64,000 nucleotides of DNA from assembly GCA_030704615.1 (NCBI GenBank), contig CM060733.1, positions 20,956,001 through 21,020,000 on the forward strand, in the 5' to 3' direction. Positions within the stretch are counted from its first letter, which is position 1. The number at the start of each line of letters is the position of its first letter. This DNA is from Takakia lepidozioides (Eukaryota > Plantae > Bryophyta). Under the pieces are notes generated by a model. That model worked only from the letters and a program-made list of their open reading frames with translations. It had not been told where the DNA came from and made no database searches. Both the position numbers and the translations under genes were made by a program. This document shows, one piece after another, positions 25,792-39,417 of this stretch.

Positions 25792-26124
25792 CTGCAGCAC
25801 GCAAGCTTCATTTAATACACTTAAGGGAATGTCCAAAGAAATGCATTTCAGTATCTATCTTACATATGGTTCAAAATACTTTGCTACAATCAAACAAATC
25901 CAATGCCTTAAGGAAGACATGCTGTGAGAGAGAAGTGACCACCCAACTGAAGGAGATGTATCATGGCCATTAGGCTTCAGCATCTATGCAGTGACAAAGA
26001 AACTACTTCATGATTGCATTTCCAGCGGCACCTTGAATTGGCAGCTCAGTTGTACAGCAAGTGCCCAGTAGGTTTGTCTATGGCTCTGCAACAACCGCAA
26101 GCAAGACGACGCAAAAAGATGACA

Positions 26125-26310
26125 GCATGTGATGTACCTTGCAGGTGGAGTTTGGTGTGTGTGAGCGATATTCCTTGCAGGTGGCGTTGTCTCTCCACGA
26201 TCTCATCGAGTTTGGTGTGTGTGAGCGATGTTCCTTGCAGGTGGCGTTGTCTCTCCACGATCTCAGCGAGTTTGGTATGTGTGAGCGATGTTCCTTGCAG
26301 GTGGCGTTTT
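26125..26310. repeat. 60-bp tandem repeat, ~3 copies
   Basis: ccttgcaggtggcgttgtctctccacgatctca.cgagtttggtgtgtgtgagcgat repeated. Confidence 0.9.
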
Positions 26311-27505
26311 CTCTTCAGAACATCTTCCCCGACCTCAACGAGGCCCTCCAAGCGCTGCGCTGTGTGGAGAACCTGCGTCAATCGAGAACCTTGAGGGAAC
26401 GAACGAATGTCGGGAATTGAAAACGCTGATATCCGTCGAAGGTTCTCCCAAACGGACCTCTAAACGTACAATAGTTACCCCCCACTTATCCCCCCGTTTT
26501 GGGCTGTCGCCTCCGGTTAACCATGCCGGACAGGCCCCGACAGGGTTAGTAACCACTCCGCTATGTGCGGACCTGGTTAAGGAAAATCTGGCGGGTAGTA
26601 CACCATATTTGCTCCTTAACCCCCCATGTGCGGCCCACCCCTTAGCCACATAAAACATGCTCTAAAAACTCTAAAAATAACCGTAAGCCTTTAACAAGGG
26701 CACCCTCTTGTATATCACAAAGGCTGAGTTCTACACTGGTTAGCTGCAGATGGTGTTTACAATCCCGTGTTGGGGAATAGTATATTCAAGTTGGGCTCTA
26801 GTATGGGCAACGCCAAGCGGCTGCCGCTTTCGACAATATGAAGTACTCTGCTGCTAGGCGGTTTTGCCTCAATGCGAATGCTCCCCTGGACCCGCTCACA
26901 GCCTTCGGTTGGCTGACAAGACCTCATGGGACTTCAGGCTTCCATAGGCAGGGGCAGTTGGACTGGCATGGTCAGATGGAGCAAGCAACGAAGAGAGGTT
27001 ACTGGTTTGAGCAGCTGCCTCACTTTATGCTAGCATCAGGTGGACCCTTTAAATGCCGCCCTGTTACACCAATAGGATTATTTTGACTCGTGCTGCCAAA
27101 ATCAACGATACATACGTTTCACAGTATAAAACAATCAGCTGAATTGGTGGAAGCAAATTGTAGGAGGTATTGCCTGCCTTCGATGTGAATGACTCCATTA
27201 CTAAAACTCACATGTCTTGGCTAAGTGTACCGACTAGAAATATATACTGATAGTTTTGTGATTTCTGTGGTCTACGAGGTCTGTCAATTACAAAAGAAAG
27301 AAATAGACATCTGCTTCTACAAATTGAGATTGCTAAAAGTTCTTGCATGAATATCTATTGGTCACCTAGTTCATTAACCCATTTTCCAATAAGGGATTGG
27401 GCACACAAGATGAAATCATCACCCCTAGACTAGCCGGTCAGGAAACAAACCATACCCATAGGACATGTAACATGATTTAACCCCGAATTGTCTAGGTGAA
27501 ACACA

Positions 27506-27862
27506 GTGCTCTTATCCAACTCCGCTACCAAGGTGCAAGTAGCCTCTTCTAGTGCTGGACTGGTAAGCCCCACTTTTAATACAAGACAACAAATTGACAA
27601 TTCATTGTGTGGCGTATTTGTGATCATGTATGCCACGAATCTAGCATTGGCATTAAAATCCAACAAATTGCCGATACAGATTATCCGCCATGAGAACCCA
27701 TGGGAAAGATTGCATAAACGATCGAAAAATGTATCCATTTTCAAAACAACATTCATAATACAGAGACTTGAGATGATAGCTTCGGCAATAGTCCGCATTT
27801 TCCTTGCAAAAAACAATGACATATTGGAACATGGTGTGGTATACCATGTGATGTTCGTGTAA
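27506..27862 (+). pseudogene. Ulp1/C48 protease fragment, probably transposon-borne
   Basis: QQIDNSLCGVFVIMYA matches the QxNxxDCG[VI]F catalytic-Cys motif; remainder degenerate. Confidence 0.55.
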
Positions 27863-28446
27863 GATCACGGGGATGACCCAGCCCTCTTTGTGGAAATTGA
27901 AGATAGTTCTCAGGATTCATCTCTAGTATTGGGGAGCAACGCAAAGCCCTAGTTTTTTTGCACATTTCTATACTATTGAATATAACTCCACCCGAATGTA
28001 GGTTCTACTCTACTGGTTTGCACACAATAAATTCAGACAGTGGAAACTGTTTACATGCTTACATGCTTAAGATTTTATGCTCAAGATCACACAAAAATTC
28101 TCAATTGCATGTTCCGAGACCCGCGTAGGGTGCTTGTATGTACAAAGACAATGTCCCATTTTGGTGTAAACACAAGTTTAGAAAATTGTGATCACAGTAC
28201 TACCGATTTTAAGTAACTAGTCATGTAGCTCCATAGTTCATCTTTCTCCAGTTCAAGTCTGTACTTATCCCTATCCTTCTCTTGCATACTTTCCTTCGAT
28301 AAACCGCGGATGCATGTTTCCGATTGAAATGATGACAACTAAAAGCGTTTGCGAAGTGTAATATACAACACTACTTACATCACAGTGACAGGGATGTGAT
28401 AGGGACGTCACTGCGATGTGACAATTGTACATGCAGATTCCGGCAA

Positions 28447-30110
28447 TCAGTAGTAGGTGTAACTTGAGGGACCGAAAGATGGGCGATAGTCCTCGTAATA
28501 GGAGTCATCGTATAGTACGGGATCATATGATCTGCTGCGTGACCCGTAACTGTAAGGTGAGCTGAAGGGTAGCATCGACGGTTCGTAGAAGTTGTTGAAG
28601 CGATTCTCTTCGTAGTCTTCATAACCGTAAGAAGGACTCAAAGGGCTGTTTGGACTGCTTAAGGTCAGTAGCCTGGATTTTCTCTTCACGTGCTTGATCT
28701 TCCTCAGTAACGTGTAGACAGGCACAATACCAGAAACAATCACCGTCTGAGTTGGTATGTCACAGGTAACGCCTTTCACACCTGCACAGTAGGAATTAAA
28801 GACATAAATTAGATACATTATTTCCAGACCTTGTAAAGACCAATGGCGGATTACATGAACTTCGAGACATTTGTGCATTGCTTTTAGATTGACTTGACTT
28901 ACGCTTCACATCAAGGTTTGGAAATTCAACATTTTGCCAGCTGGTCAACATAATCTTCAGCATCAACCATTTCCTTGAACAATAACCGCGCGTAGACGCT
29001 GAATTTTCGAATCTATAGCTATTAGTTGCAATTGTGATCTAGAACAATCTTAAAAACATTTGAAATTAAGTAGCGGTGCAGGTTTTACCTCGTATATCCA
29101 GCGCCTCTTTCACTTTCTCTACATCTCTCTTACTCTCCATCGGCACCCAAAATTGAACATCCTGTACACAAGAGCCCAAGGAAGGTTATCAGCTAGCTCA
29201 ATATCATGACAAGAAGATGACAGTTGCCAGAAACAAAGGTCAGCACTATTGCATACCATCATCAGCAAATGACAGTTCCCGGCCACAAACTATTGCAGTG
29301 GCAATACGAGCCGCTGGATAAGTCGCAGTTTGCAATTAATCGACCTTCGCACAGGTTGAAACTAATCGAGCTTCAAAAAGTGATTCTCTTCAATTTACCG
29401 ACCAATGTACAAAGTTCTAGACTCGAGATTGAAGATTTGGAAGGGAGATGTAAGGTGTACTAGTCACCAAAAATGTCGCGCCAGCTGACAGCTAATCAGT
29501 CCAATACCGTTAGAGCCTAACTTCAAATTAAATACATGTACCACATGGCTTGCCGGCTTCTCTCGGGCAATCCCTGATCTACCGTAGGTTCACTTATGTA
29601 AGATCTGGCTGCCGACAACTCAAAGACAGTCGCAAGAACTAATAGTCGATTGCACTTCTCGGATTTCAATGAGAAGGCGTTGACACAATGCCATTTGTCA
29701 CAGAATGCAAATCAACATGCACTAGTTACCACTCAATAAAACTTACGTACGACCTCATTGTTCACCCTCTCTCCAAGACTTGCTCAGCATTAACGTCTAC
29801 GTTTTGTTAAGAGAGAAGGGAGACGCGGCATACCGGAGGCATGCGCCATGCAGAAGAGGATGGCATATCCACGTCAGGGTAGTACTGGGGACCGTAAGTT
29901 GACAACCAAGCAGGTTCGCGTCTTCCATAGTACATCTGCACATGCAAAACATATTCCACAATTGAATGCAAGCATACACGACATACAGTATCTGATGTAC
30001 ACTATACATAATCCAGATCCACACTTCCAGCAAAAAATAACTGCGATGTTTTGTAGACAATGGGAGATTAATGAGGTGACGACGCGCACCTCAGACATCA
30101 GTCTCGCCAT
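28447..30110 (-). CDS. HMA-fold protein 1, CxxC lost, Tyr-rich tail, 176 aa; exons 30110-30090, 29935-29834, 29161-29089, 28781-28447
   Basis: MARLMSE|MYYGRR...MPP|DVQFWVPMESKRDVEKVKEALDIR G|VKGVTCDIPTQTVIVSG...SYTYY*; all junctions GT-AG and in frame. Confidence 0.85.
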
Positions 30111-31499
30111 GATCGGAGATGCTACAACACTTGCTCACGTGTTAAAGAATTGTGTACTTTGAACTCTGTAATTTGAAACTTCACGGGAGTCGACAGTTGC
30201 AATGCAAAATTTGTGTTAAGAAAATTTCAAGAGCTCCGCTGCAGCAAGAGAAGACAGTTGCGGGAAAGCAGGCATGAGAAGGAAATGCGACGATATGTTG
30301 AGAGTGTGAGCGAGACAGATCTGTCGAAAATCCGACATACGCAAATCGAGGAAAGTCTGTAAGACAAATTTTTTTGGCGAGATACGAATTGTACACGACG
30401 ATGTGAGCTAATCGCTGTGGGCTACCGATTATATCCTCAGGGTGTCGCCACCTATCTTACGACACCTGGCAGATTTACGATCTTTGAGTGGAGCGTGGCA
30501 GCATGTGAGTGGATGCAGTTGGTGGTGCTTCAAAGTATCTCAATCTTCGCACAAGACAAGTTTCAAGCGGCCACCATGACAGGTGGCACATACGATGACG
30601 CTGCAGCTTGATTGTTATTGTTATACTATTATCTGTTTCGGATTGTCCTATTTTGTTTCTATTATATCCGACAATAATGGCCGCCTTCGTTATCTTTATT
30701 ATTACAGCCAACAGTCGGTGGCTATTCTGTTAGTGCACCGAGTAGCATGTACGCGATTTGGGGTTCGAATTCTGCTAACTTTGATTCGTGGCCTGTGGTT
30801 CTGGTTCTTGTATATGCTTATTTATTATGTCGTGCTTCCAAGGCGGAATAATCCCTACAAGGATCGTTCCAGGCAGCCGCTGGGCCATTCATTCTCTCCT
30901 CTCTAGATAACCAAGTTGTAGCCCAGTGGTAATAGTCACATACAACCTTGGAAGTGGTTGTGGGTTCAAACATTCAAACCACCAATTGGTGTCACAAGGC
31001 TGACTTGGTCTTCCATTGGTGAAAACAAGTGATTACCAGTCCAACATGTACAAAGTGTGGGATGTGGCTCCCAAGTTCCTTTTCGCTGTCTATCGATATG
31101 CACCAGTATTTTAAAAGTACAAGTCTAACAGAAGGTTGGTTCAGATCGGAACTTTGTCGTTCACGAGAGTTCTCCATAGAATCTTAGGTCAAATCTTTTG
31201 AGTGACAGGATAAGGATCACCATATTTTCGAATATTGCGCTTGGAGATGCTATACTAGAAAGAGATTTGTTGGTTCTTTAGGGTTGTGAGGACTTTCAGG
31301 AGATGAAAGATGAAACAGTCTACGGCAGTGAAATGCTAACTTGTATCCTCGACATGCCAGAGTGAAGGTGCATGTACATGCGCTTACGATGATAGTGACC
31401 AGAGTGACTGGATATTATTTCCGAATGCCTTGAAACAGTTCAATGCCTTGAAACAGTTCACCACTTTGAAAAAGTTTGATATATATGGAAGTTTCATAT

Positions 31500-32140
31500 A
31501 TACGAACGGTTTGCAGCATTCATCGACATGGAAGTAGTCATGCGCGCTCTCTTCTTCAAAGATTGTTCGCAGGATCAATACGGTGAACGTCTGGGACTGG
31601 ATTGAAACAGGCCGGAGAGAGAGATTGTTAAGCATGTTACAAATGGAGAATTAGGGTTTCATGACCTTTCATCACCACCTAAAAACATGAGATTTTTGTT
31701 TTTGGCTATCTATCAGGTTGCGAAGAACTTTCAGAATGGTTTGCAGCAATCATCGACATAAACAGTCCTCTTCAAAGATTGTTCGGAGCATCAATAGGGT
31801 GAACGTATGGGACTCGAATGAAACAGCCCGGAGAGAGAGATTGTAAAGCATGTTACAAATGGAGATTTAGGGTTTCATGACCACCTAAAAACATGAGACT
31901 TATGTTTTTGTCTATCTATCAGGTCGCGAAGGACTTCCAGAATGGTCTGCAGCATTCATCGACATGGAAGCAGTCTTGCGCGCTCTCTTCTTCAAAGTTT
32001 GTTCGCAGGATCAATACGGTGAACGTATGGGACTCGTTTGAAACAGACCGGAGAGAGATTATAAAGCATGTCACGAATGGAGATTTAGGGTTTCATGACC
32101 ACCTAAGACATGAGACTTGTGTCTTTGGCTATATCTTTCA
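31500..32140. repeat. ~210-bp tandem repeat, 3 copies
   Basis: ggtttgcagcattcatcgaca...ggtgaacgt.tgggact...ttagggtttcatgacc repeated three times. Confidence 0.9.
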
Positions 32141-32634
32141 CATTGCGAAGATTACAGAAAAACATACCATGAATTCACACATCAAAGAGAACTTAACAGT
32201 GACTCTGACGAGAGTCCAAATTGGCGTCCATTGAGATGAACAATGCCGCAATCGATATTGTTCAAAGCTATTGAAAAATCACTCCGAACTACAAAGCTTT
32301 GCAGCTAATGTATGTACATACCGAAGGAAAACATGCTACAGAAGCATTTCGCATGCTAGACTCGGTGGAGTAAAAATGTGGAGAGCACATCATCACTTAG
32401 CATGTTGACGACATATCTAGATGCTGGATGCTGTTGAGATATTCAAGTTTTACAAGCATCCAATTGCAAATTTCATAGACATTCGCAGCTAGACTAGGTG
32501 GAGATTGCCCGCGGAATAGTGGATCCATACTGCAGCCTCCTACTTGTAAGGCAAGGATACTTACTGATGGATTGCAGATGAACTCAAACGAAACCGTCTT
32601 TCCTCAAAAAGATCTCACCTCGCCCTTGCTCTAC

Positions 32635-33863
32635 TTAGTAGTGACTGTAATGAGGATGATAGGATGGACCGTAGTACTCCTGGCTTGGGACATACGCTGA
32701 GTGGTGGTTACGACTGTAGTAGGAGTGACTGCGAGGAGGGCTCATGTGTGCCTGTGACCTCACCGGTGCGCTGCGACTGTACTGAGATCTTTCGTAACCA
32801 CCATACGAAGAAGGGTAAGCGGAGGAGCCAATATCGTAAGGACTGCTGTAGGACAAGATTTTCGCCTTTCTCTTCACATGCCTCACTCGCTTGAGCAGAG
32901 CTTGAGGAGCCACGTTTCCAGAGACAGTCACTGTCTGACTGGGAATATCACACACAACGCTGCGCACACCTGCACAGATCTCACCAAACAGTCACAATCC
33001 TACACAGTGGAAGAACATGTGAGCGAGATGGATACTTGAGATGCATATGGCCAGTAAAACTATCCTGAGTGAGAGGTACTCAGTAAGAGATCATTGGAGA
33101 AAGCATTCGTCTGTACAGATAAGACTGGAGTAATAACAATGCCGATCCAAGAGAACTAATGAGCGAGTATGATGCTGATACGCGCACTCACCATTGATGG
33201 TCAAGGCGTCTTTCACTTTCTCGACACACCTCATGCTGTCCAGGGGAACACTCAGCTGAACATCCTACAGATCAAACAACGACATCATCAGAAACAAGAC
33301 AAACCTGAAGCATGACTAATGATCCATACCGTTTGTGATGTAAACACTGACAAGAACATCCTCGTCCAATCCCGGTTATCACCGCACACCTGGGAAGCTA
33401 ACGGCAGTGAAGGCTACAATCTGTCCCCGCATGAGAAAACGACTTTAGAAGAACACACTCACTCGCCACTGTCCAAATCAATAAGAAACATCGTGAGGGG
33501 TGTGCAGGGGAGGATCATATACCGGCAACATTGGGCCGTGAGATGAAACGTATGGATTATAAGCTGAAGAGCGATGGGAGGAACGGTGGTGATGGTCAGG
33601 GTAGTAGTCATCACCATCAGAGAAGTAATGGCCCTCAGTAGCAAACGAGTTACTTCTTACTAATCTCACGGGTTCAGGTCGACCATAGAACAGCTGCACA
33701 AGACACACCCAGCCCAGCCCATCTCACAACCGTCAACAGCCTCCTTTTGCACACAATCTACCATGCGAAACCGCAAGGAATCCCTCACTTTCAACTCTAG
33801 GTATGAAACTATGTGCGCTTGCGACAAATTTTGGAGACCCACCTCGGTCATGAGGCTCGACAT
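32635..33863 (-). CDS. HMA-fold protein 2, 199 aa; exons 33863-33843, 33693-33523, 33264-33192, 32969-32635
   Basis: MSSLMTE|LFYGRP...MLP|DVQLSVPLDSMRCVEKVKDALTIN G|VRSVVCDIPSQTVTVSG...HYSHY*. Confidence 0.87.
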
Positions 33864-36078
33864 TGTGATCTGGCTGCAGATTACCGACTACCCACGCGAA
33901 GCTCTCGGTTTGTCCCTCTGAACTTCCTCAACACTCTCCTTTTGCACAACTGAAAACCACGTACTGATCGCAGCGAAAACTCGAGCGAACTAGAGCTTGG
34001 TGTCGACAGAGCAGAACTATCAGCACCGGTCTACCTAGCACGCTACCCAGATTAAAAGTCCTCTGCAAGGCAGCGAGATGGGGATTATAATATCACAACA
34101 AAACGGAATAATTGCATAGGAATGCGTGCAGGACCCAATGAGTGGAGAGCCAGTGGCGCCTGTTTTGAGGTACTCCGTCCTGCAAGGAACACGTGAACGA
34201 CTTGTGAAGGGTCAGGGATGGCAGAGCGTGTCGGTCAGTTTTCAGCAAAGCCTCAACGAAAAATCTCTCAGGGCGGTCCAGCCTGCGATCGCCACGCAGC
34301 ATCTGAGGCGGATCCGTGAGCAAGAGCTCATCACTGCGCTCAGCTGCGAGGAAGCATCCGGACTGCAGCCTCGGATCCGTTCGTCGGTAAAAACAGGCCC
34401 ACCGCCCTTTCGGTACTGCAGGCAAGCATGCGGAACATGGCCCTGGGCCCACAGCGCCAACTATGAGAACACGAACACGATTGCACACATTTTCTTCGCC
34501 GCAAGCAAAGTTGGCTCTTCGAAGTTTGAGGCGGTGATGTGTGGATTTTTGTCCAGATTTGACAAGTCATTTCAAGTCGGATCAAGTCATAACTCAAAAC
34601 TGTTTAGAGCGAAAGGTGGTTGACCCCTTGGTGGGGCTGGTGGGCGACTGGGGGGTTAATGAAACATATATATAGCTTTTTAGTTAGCGAACCCATGATG
34701 TGATCATTGATGTTTATTACATACATTCGTAAGACTTAGTTTTCAGTCGGAAAGTGCCAATTCTCAATGAGAACAGATTACATACATGGTGGAAGTTGCG
34801 AGGTCAAACCAGAACTATACAATTGTTTCCTATACTCCAGGAACTAGATTTCCATTGGGTTGTTGGACTTATTCGTAATCTACAATCCTCCCGATGTGCT
34901 GTCTACCTCACAAACAATTCTCTGTAAAGTTTTGTAGAAGACCCAAATGACTACTATTAAAGCTCACGAAAACATATGTGAGGCTTTATAAAAGATCCAA
35001 GGTGGCGACTACTGTACAAGAGTTAACAAAACCGCCTCTAAGTGGAGAATTAAAACACCATAAACTCCTCGTTGTGCAATGAGGTTTGACTGTGTCCAGC
35101 TAGTAGATGACCATCGACAAGCTGGAAGCGGTGCGCAAGCATGAACTTCGAACTTCGAGCTTCATCACCACCGAATATCTACCAAAGAATGTGCGCACCT
35201 CGCCAACATCTCCCTGTGATAGAATTTTTGCCAACTTCTTGGAACGTTAAGGGGAAGTTGGTGCAGAGTACCTCATCGTGAGCGGGAAGCCTACATCGCC
35301 AAAATTCCGCTACAAAGTTCCCACTCGAAATTACAGTTTCTATGCAAGAGATATCGGTTTCAAGAATGAATGGGTTACAGCCTCGCTTCTGCTTTCAAGA
35401 CGGAATGATCCGAACAGAGATTTCCATGCAAATTCAGTTGCAAGTTTACATTTGGTGGATATTTCGAGGGTTGTGTGATTTTTCCCTGCCAATTTGCTTG
35501 GACAACTGCCGACTTCGGACTGCTACTGCTATTCTGACCGATAATAGCAAGCATAGGAATTTCGTACTAAGAAATATCATTCAAGTAATAGAGAAAACGC
35601 TCATGCAGGAAAGTAGAAGTGACAACAACGTGCCACTCTCTTATAGATGAAGTTAGAATACAGGAATTGTTCCGGATCTTTCTCGAGTGCGAATGTCTAC
35701 CACTTCTCAGCTTTCAACAATGTAATGAACACACGGTTGTTGGTTGACATTCACCAAATTAAATAAACCCAGCGCAGATAGAGCTGTGTCATCCGTAAGA
35801 AACAAAATCCGCCGTAAGCAAAATTACCTCATGCTATGCTATCTGCCACTTCTAAAGTCCTATCTGTACATGTATGTTGTTTCCATTGAAGTGCTAGAAC
35901 TCTGTACACAAAAAAATTAGAGTAGCACTGGGAATGCTTGCCTGGTTATGAATATACCCTGGCACTGATCAATGATGAGGTAGCAATGGCCCTTAAAGGT
36001 CGAATTCAACTCTCATTCAACTGCAATCTGTGGCGAGGCTTGTGCAGTAACCACTAAACCACAAGGAGCTCCGAAGAA

Positions 36079-37215
36079 TCAGTAGTAGGTGTAATTGGTG
36101 TAGTGAGGTCGGTGATAATCATCGTAATATGAGCGACTGTATGAAGGAGAATATCTGCTATATGGTCCATATTCTGAAGGTGCCATGCTGTATGGGGAAT
36201 TGTACGAACTGGTGTTGTAATTTTTGTAAGTTAAAATTTCCGCATTCCTGCTCACTCGTCTCACAAGTTGGAGCACAACTCGTGGAGCTAGACTTGATGA
36301 AACAGTCACCGTCTCAGCTTGCAAATCAGAAATAACATTATATACGCCTGCACAATCACAATCATTTCATCAAGCCTTCACTATTTTAAAACAAATGTTC
36401 CATACGATGGACCTTATAATGTGTTTTAAAAACTACTCGTGTCCAAGAAAAATGTGATGAACATGATAGAAGTGCCAGCTTTTCTTAGGAAGCTTGTGTA
36501 CCCACCTTGCACATTCAATGCTTCCTTCACGATCTCTTCAGCCTCCATGCTGTCCATCGGCACTTGGAGTACGACATCCTGGACAGTAAAGACAACCAGT
36601 TAGTTTGTAGTGCGAGCGAGTCGATACATCTACGCAGTGCACTAACCCGTAAATTACATGTTATGAAAGGATCTATGAATATTCTATTCTACATCCGAGT
36701 GCGATCTGATACCAGCAGGTCAGTGTCATGTGGGAAGGCATGTTGGTGCTCAGTACCAGGAACCGAAATCAGTGATGTGTACAGATTTCCAAAAGAAATG
36801 AAGCATTAAGCTAAAGTCGTAGACCACGATGATCTATCTGTGCAACTTTCTACCACAGGAGATCTCCGAGGTCAAGAAGACAGAAAACTTACCGGCATGA
36901 TGGGTCCTTTACTGTAGGGTCCGAAATCACGGCGAGAATTATATGGAACAACTTCATCATCATAGTAGTAGCGCGGGCCGTGCCGGAATGAATCACCCAC
37001 ACCCCAGGCTGGCCTAGGTCTGCCATAAAACAGCTGTACAGTGGAGACACTCCAAAAATTCATCAGTTTTCATTCACAAGAAAGCTCTGATCATCGGAAG
37101 ACGCCATGCTACGTGATAAATCTGTCTTCACATACAAATCTCCGATACGATGATGCACATACATGTACTGGTGAACAGAGAATTTTAAGCTCACCTCAGT
37201 CATGAGTTGTGACAT
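36079..37215 (-). CDS. HMA-fold protein 3, 167 aa; exons 37215-37195, 37033-36893, 36578-36506, 36347-36079
   Basis: MSQLMTE|LFYGRP...IMP|DVVLQVPMDSMEAEEIVKEALNVQ G|VYNVISDLQAETVTVSS...NYTYY*. Confidence 0.87.
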
Positions 37216-39417
37216 TTTCGGGAGTAGGGCGTGAAATCCTCTTTCAAAGTTTTCAGCTTAGCTGTAGTTCAACTTTGCACGACGACTGATCAATTGTCAA
37301 CTGAAACTCTTTGCTCGCAATGTTTCTACCATCTCCTCGACTTCAACTGCCGACCCAGCTTCACTACTCACGTAAAAGCTTGGATAAATCTTGAGGTAGC
37401 CCAGGTTAGAGCGCCAGGAGAGATCGATGGCAAAGATCAAGTACACGATGACGAGCAGGCGAAGCGTGGATTGCTTATAGTCCGTGGCCTTGAACCGTCA
37501 CACTGTGACAGCTGCCTGCATTCGGACCCTGTTACGTGACAAGATGTAATAGGCTCAACCGACCAAACGTAAATATCACGCGATACTTGTCACTACCCTG
37601 TTGGCTCTCGTTACAAATGGTAAACGTTCAGCAATTCAATATTGAGACTAGGGTTTCTGGGGGTAGCTAGTATACAGGTGTCAAGTTTAGGGGTTGACAC
37701 GTATGGGAAGGATTGAGTTTTTGTATGTTTGTATGTATCCATATAAATAAATTAATATAATATAATATGTTGATGGCATCAAAAGAGTATATACTATATA
37801 TACCATGTGAGTTTTCGGCTGATATTTTCTGTACTAAATTTTATATCATATTTGCACTAAATAATTTATTCATTAAGGAAAATGTATTATATTTTAACAG
37901 TTATTTTGCATTTCATGTTGTATTGAACTTAGGCTACTTACTGGCGTGAGGTCCGTTGCGAAAACTCTCAACGGAATCCTGGGCTGCGACGTGCAGCAAG
38001 TTACTGAGCAAGACCTGCTCTTCCACAGCGGCTGCTTGGAAGATGAGAGATTTGAGACTAGTGCAGCGTTACAGGAGAACCCCCGTCTACCGTGGATAGA
38101 TTCGCTGAGAGTCTTCTCAATTTGATCGAAAGCATAGTGACGGTTCCGGTGTACAAACAACACGCCCCAAGTTTTTCCCGAAACCAAATAGGTAAAAAGT
38201 GCAGAATGTGTGAAGTGTAACTTAAAGTTTAAGCGCCCCCATCACTACAAAGGATGTTTAGACAGGGAGAAAGTGATCAACATCAGGAGTGCTTTAAGTT
38301 CTTCGGGAATTGCGAGGAAATTGCACTCAAACTAGGTCGGCCATTTAGGAATTTCGATAAGATTTGCAGATTTTCTTCCTTCACGGACAGGTTGTAAGAT
38401 CTCGGTACAGCAAATCATGAGCTTGTAGTAGGTAGGGATTGTGGTCAGGAACATGATTGAACGCTCGAAGGTCTGGAGTCAGTTTTAGATGTGAATAAAA
38501 AGGTGGGCAGTGGTGCGGATCTTATAATCAAGGGTGAGAATGCTGTAGGCTTTCAGTGGCAGAACTGTATCTCTCACGTTTGCTTAATGTAGGTCAATGT
38601 TACATCTGCATTATTCATGGCTTGTTAGACAGAATTGTTGTGACCCAGGTTATACTTTTGTATCCGGAAATTGTCTTCTAGTGCTACAACGGCAGCCACC
38701 AAGGATCAATGAACTGTTTGAAGGGTACGATTTTGTATGGAAGCTATGCTTTGATGGTGCAGCTGTGCAGGTATCAAAGTAATATTTAGATAAAATTCTT
38801 GTGCTGTGATTGAAATCAGATAGATAAAGCGCCACAACAAACTTAGCCTGCGTATCGAGCATATAATATCTTCAACTCTACGAGAATTGCAATGAAGTAT
38901 GCTCAAACAATTTCACCGCTTCGCTTGTGTCAAGTCAGTGTAGGAGCTAGCACAGTGATAGGTTGATCCTAACCACAAATGTTAGTCGATGCTTTGACCC
39001 CCACTTTGCGGAAAGGGAAATTGAGGAATCAGGATGGGGAAAATGTAATTTCTACAACCTTCCATTCTTCTCGTCAATTGAGAGTAATGTACAGAGTGGA
39101 CTAGGCTACAATCCTTGCTTAATTCCGCATCCATTCTAGCCGATAATTACAATATAGATAACAGAATCTGCTTCACAGAATCTGGTTCAAAGTTTGAGCT
39201 AGCTCAAGGGCACCATCGCAAATCCGAGACAGATCGTTTTCAAGTCGGGAAATGCATGCAAATCTATTTTTCTATGCACAAGCCGAGTTTGTGTACAATC
39301 CTTCCCTCAAAAACACTCGGTCGAGCAGAAAAAGATAGTGCAAGCGCAGAGCGAAGTGAATCGGCTAGTGAGCTAGCTGCTGGTCTACGATTTCTTTTCA
39401 CCAGCCTGCCAACACAA

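Noticed and set aside
33523-33693. LFYGR as a BURP-type RiPP core peptide
   Set aside because: Not repeated within a protein, no signal peptide and no BURP domain in the window.
34126-34623. 165-aa plus-strand ORF
   Set aside because: GTG start, no domain, lies in the promoter region of HMA gene 2.
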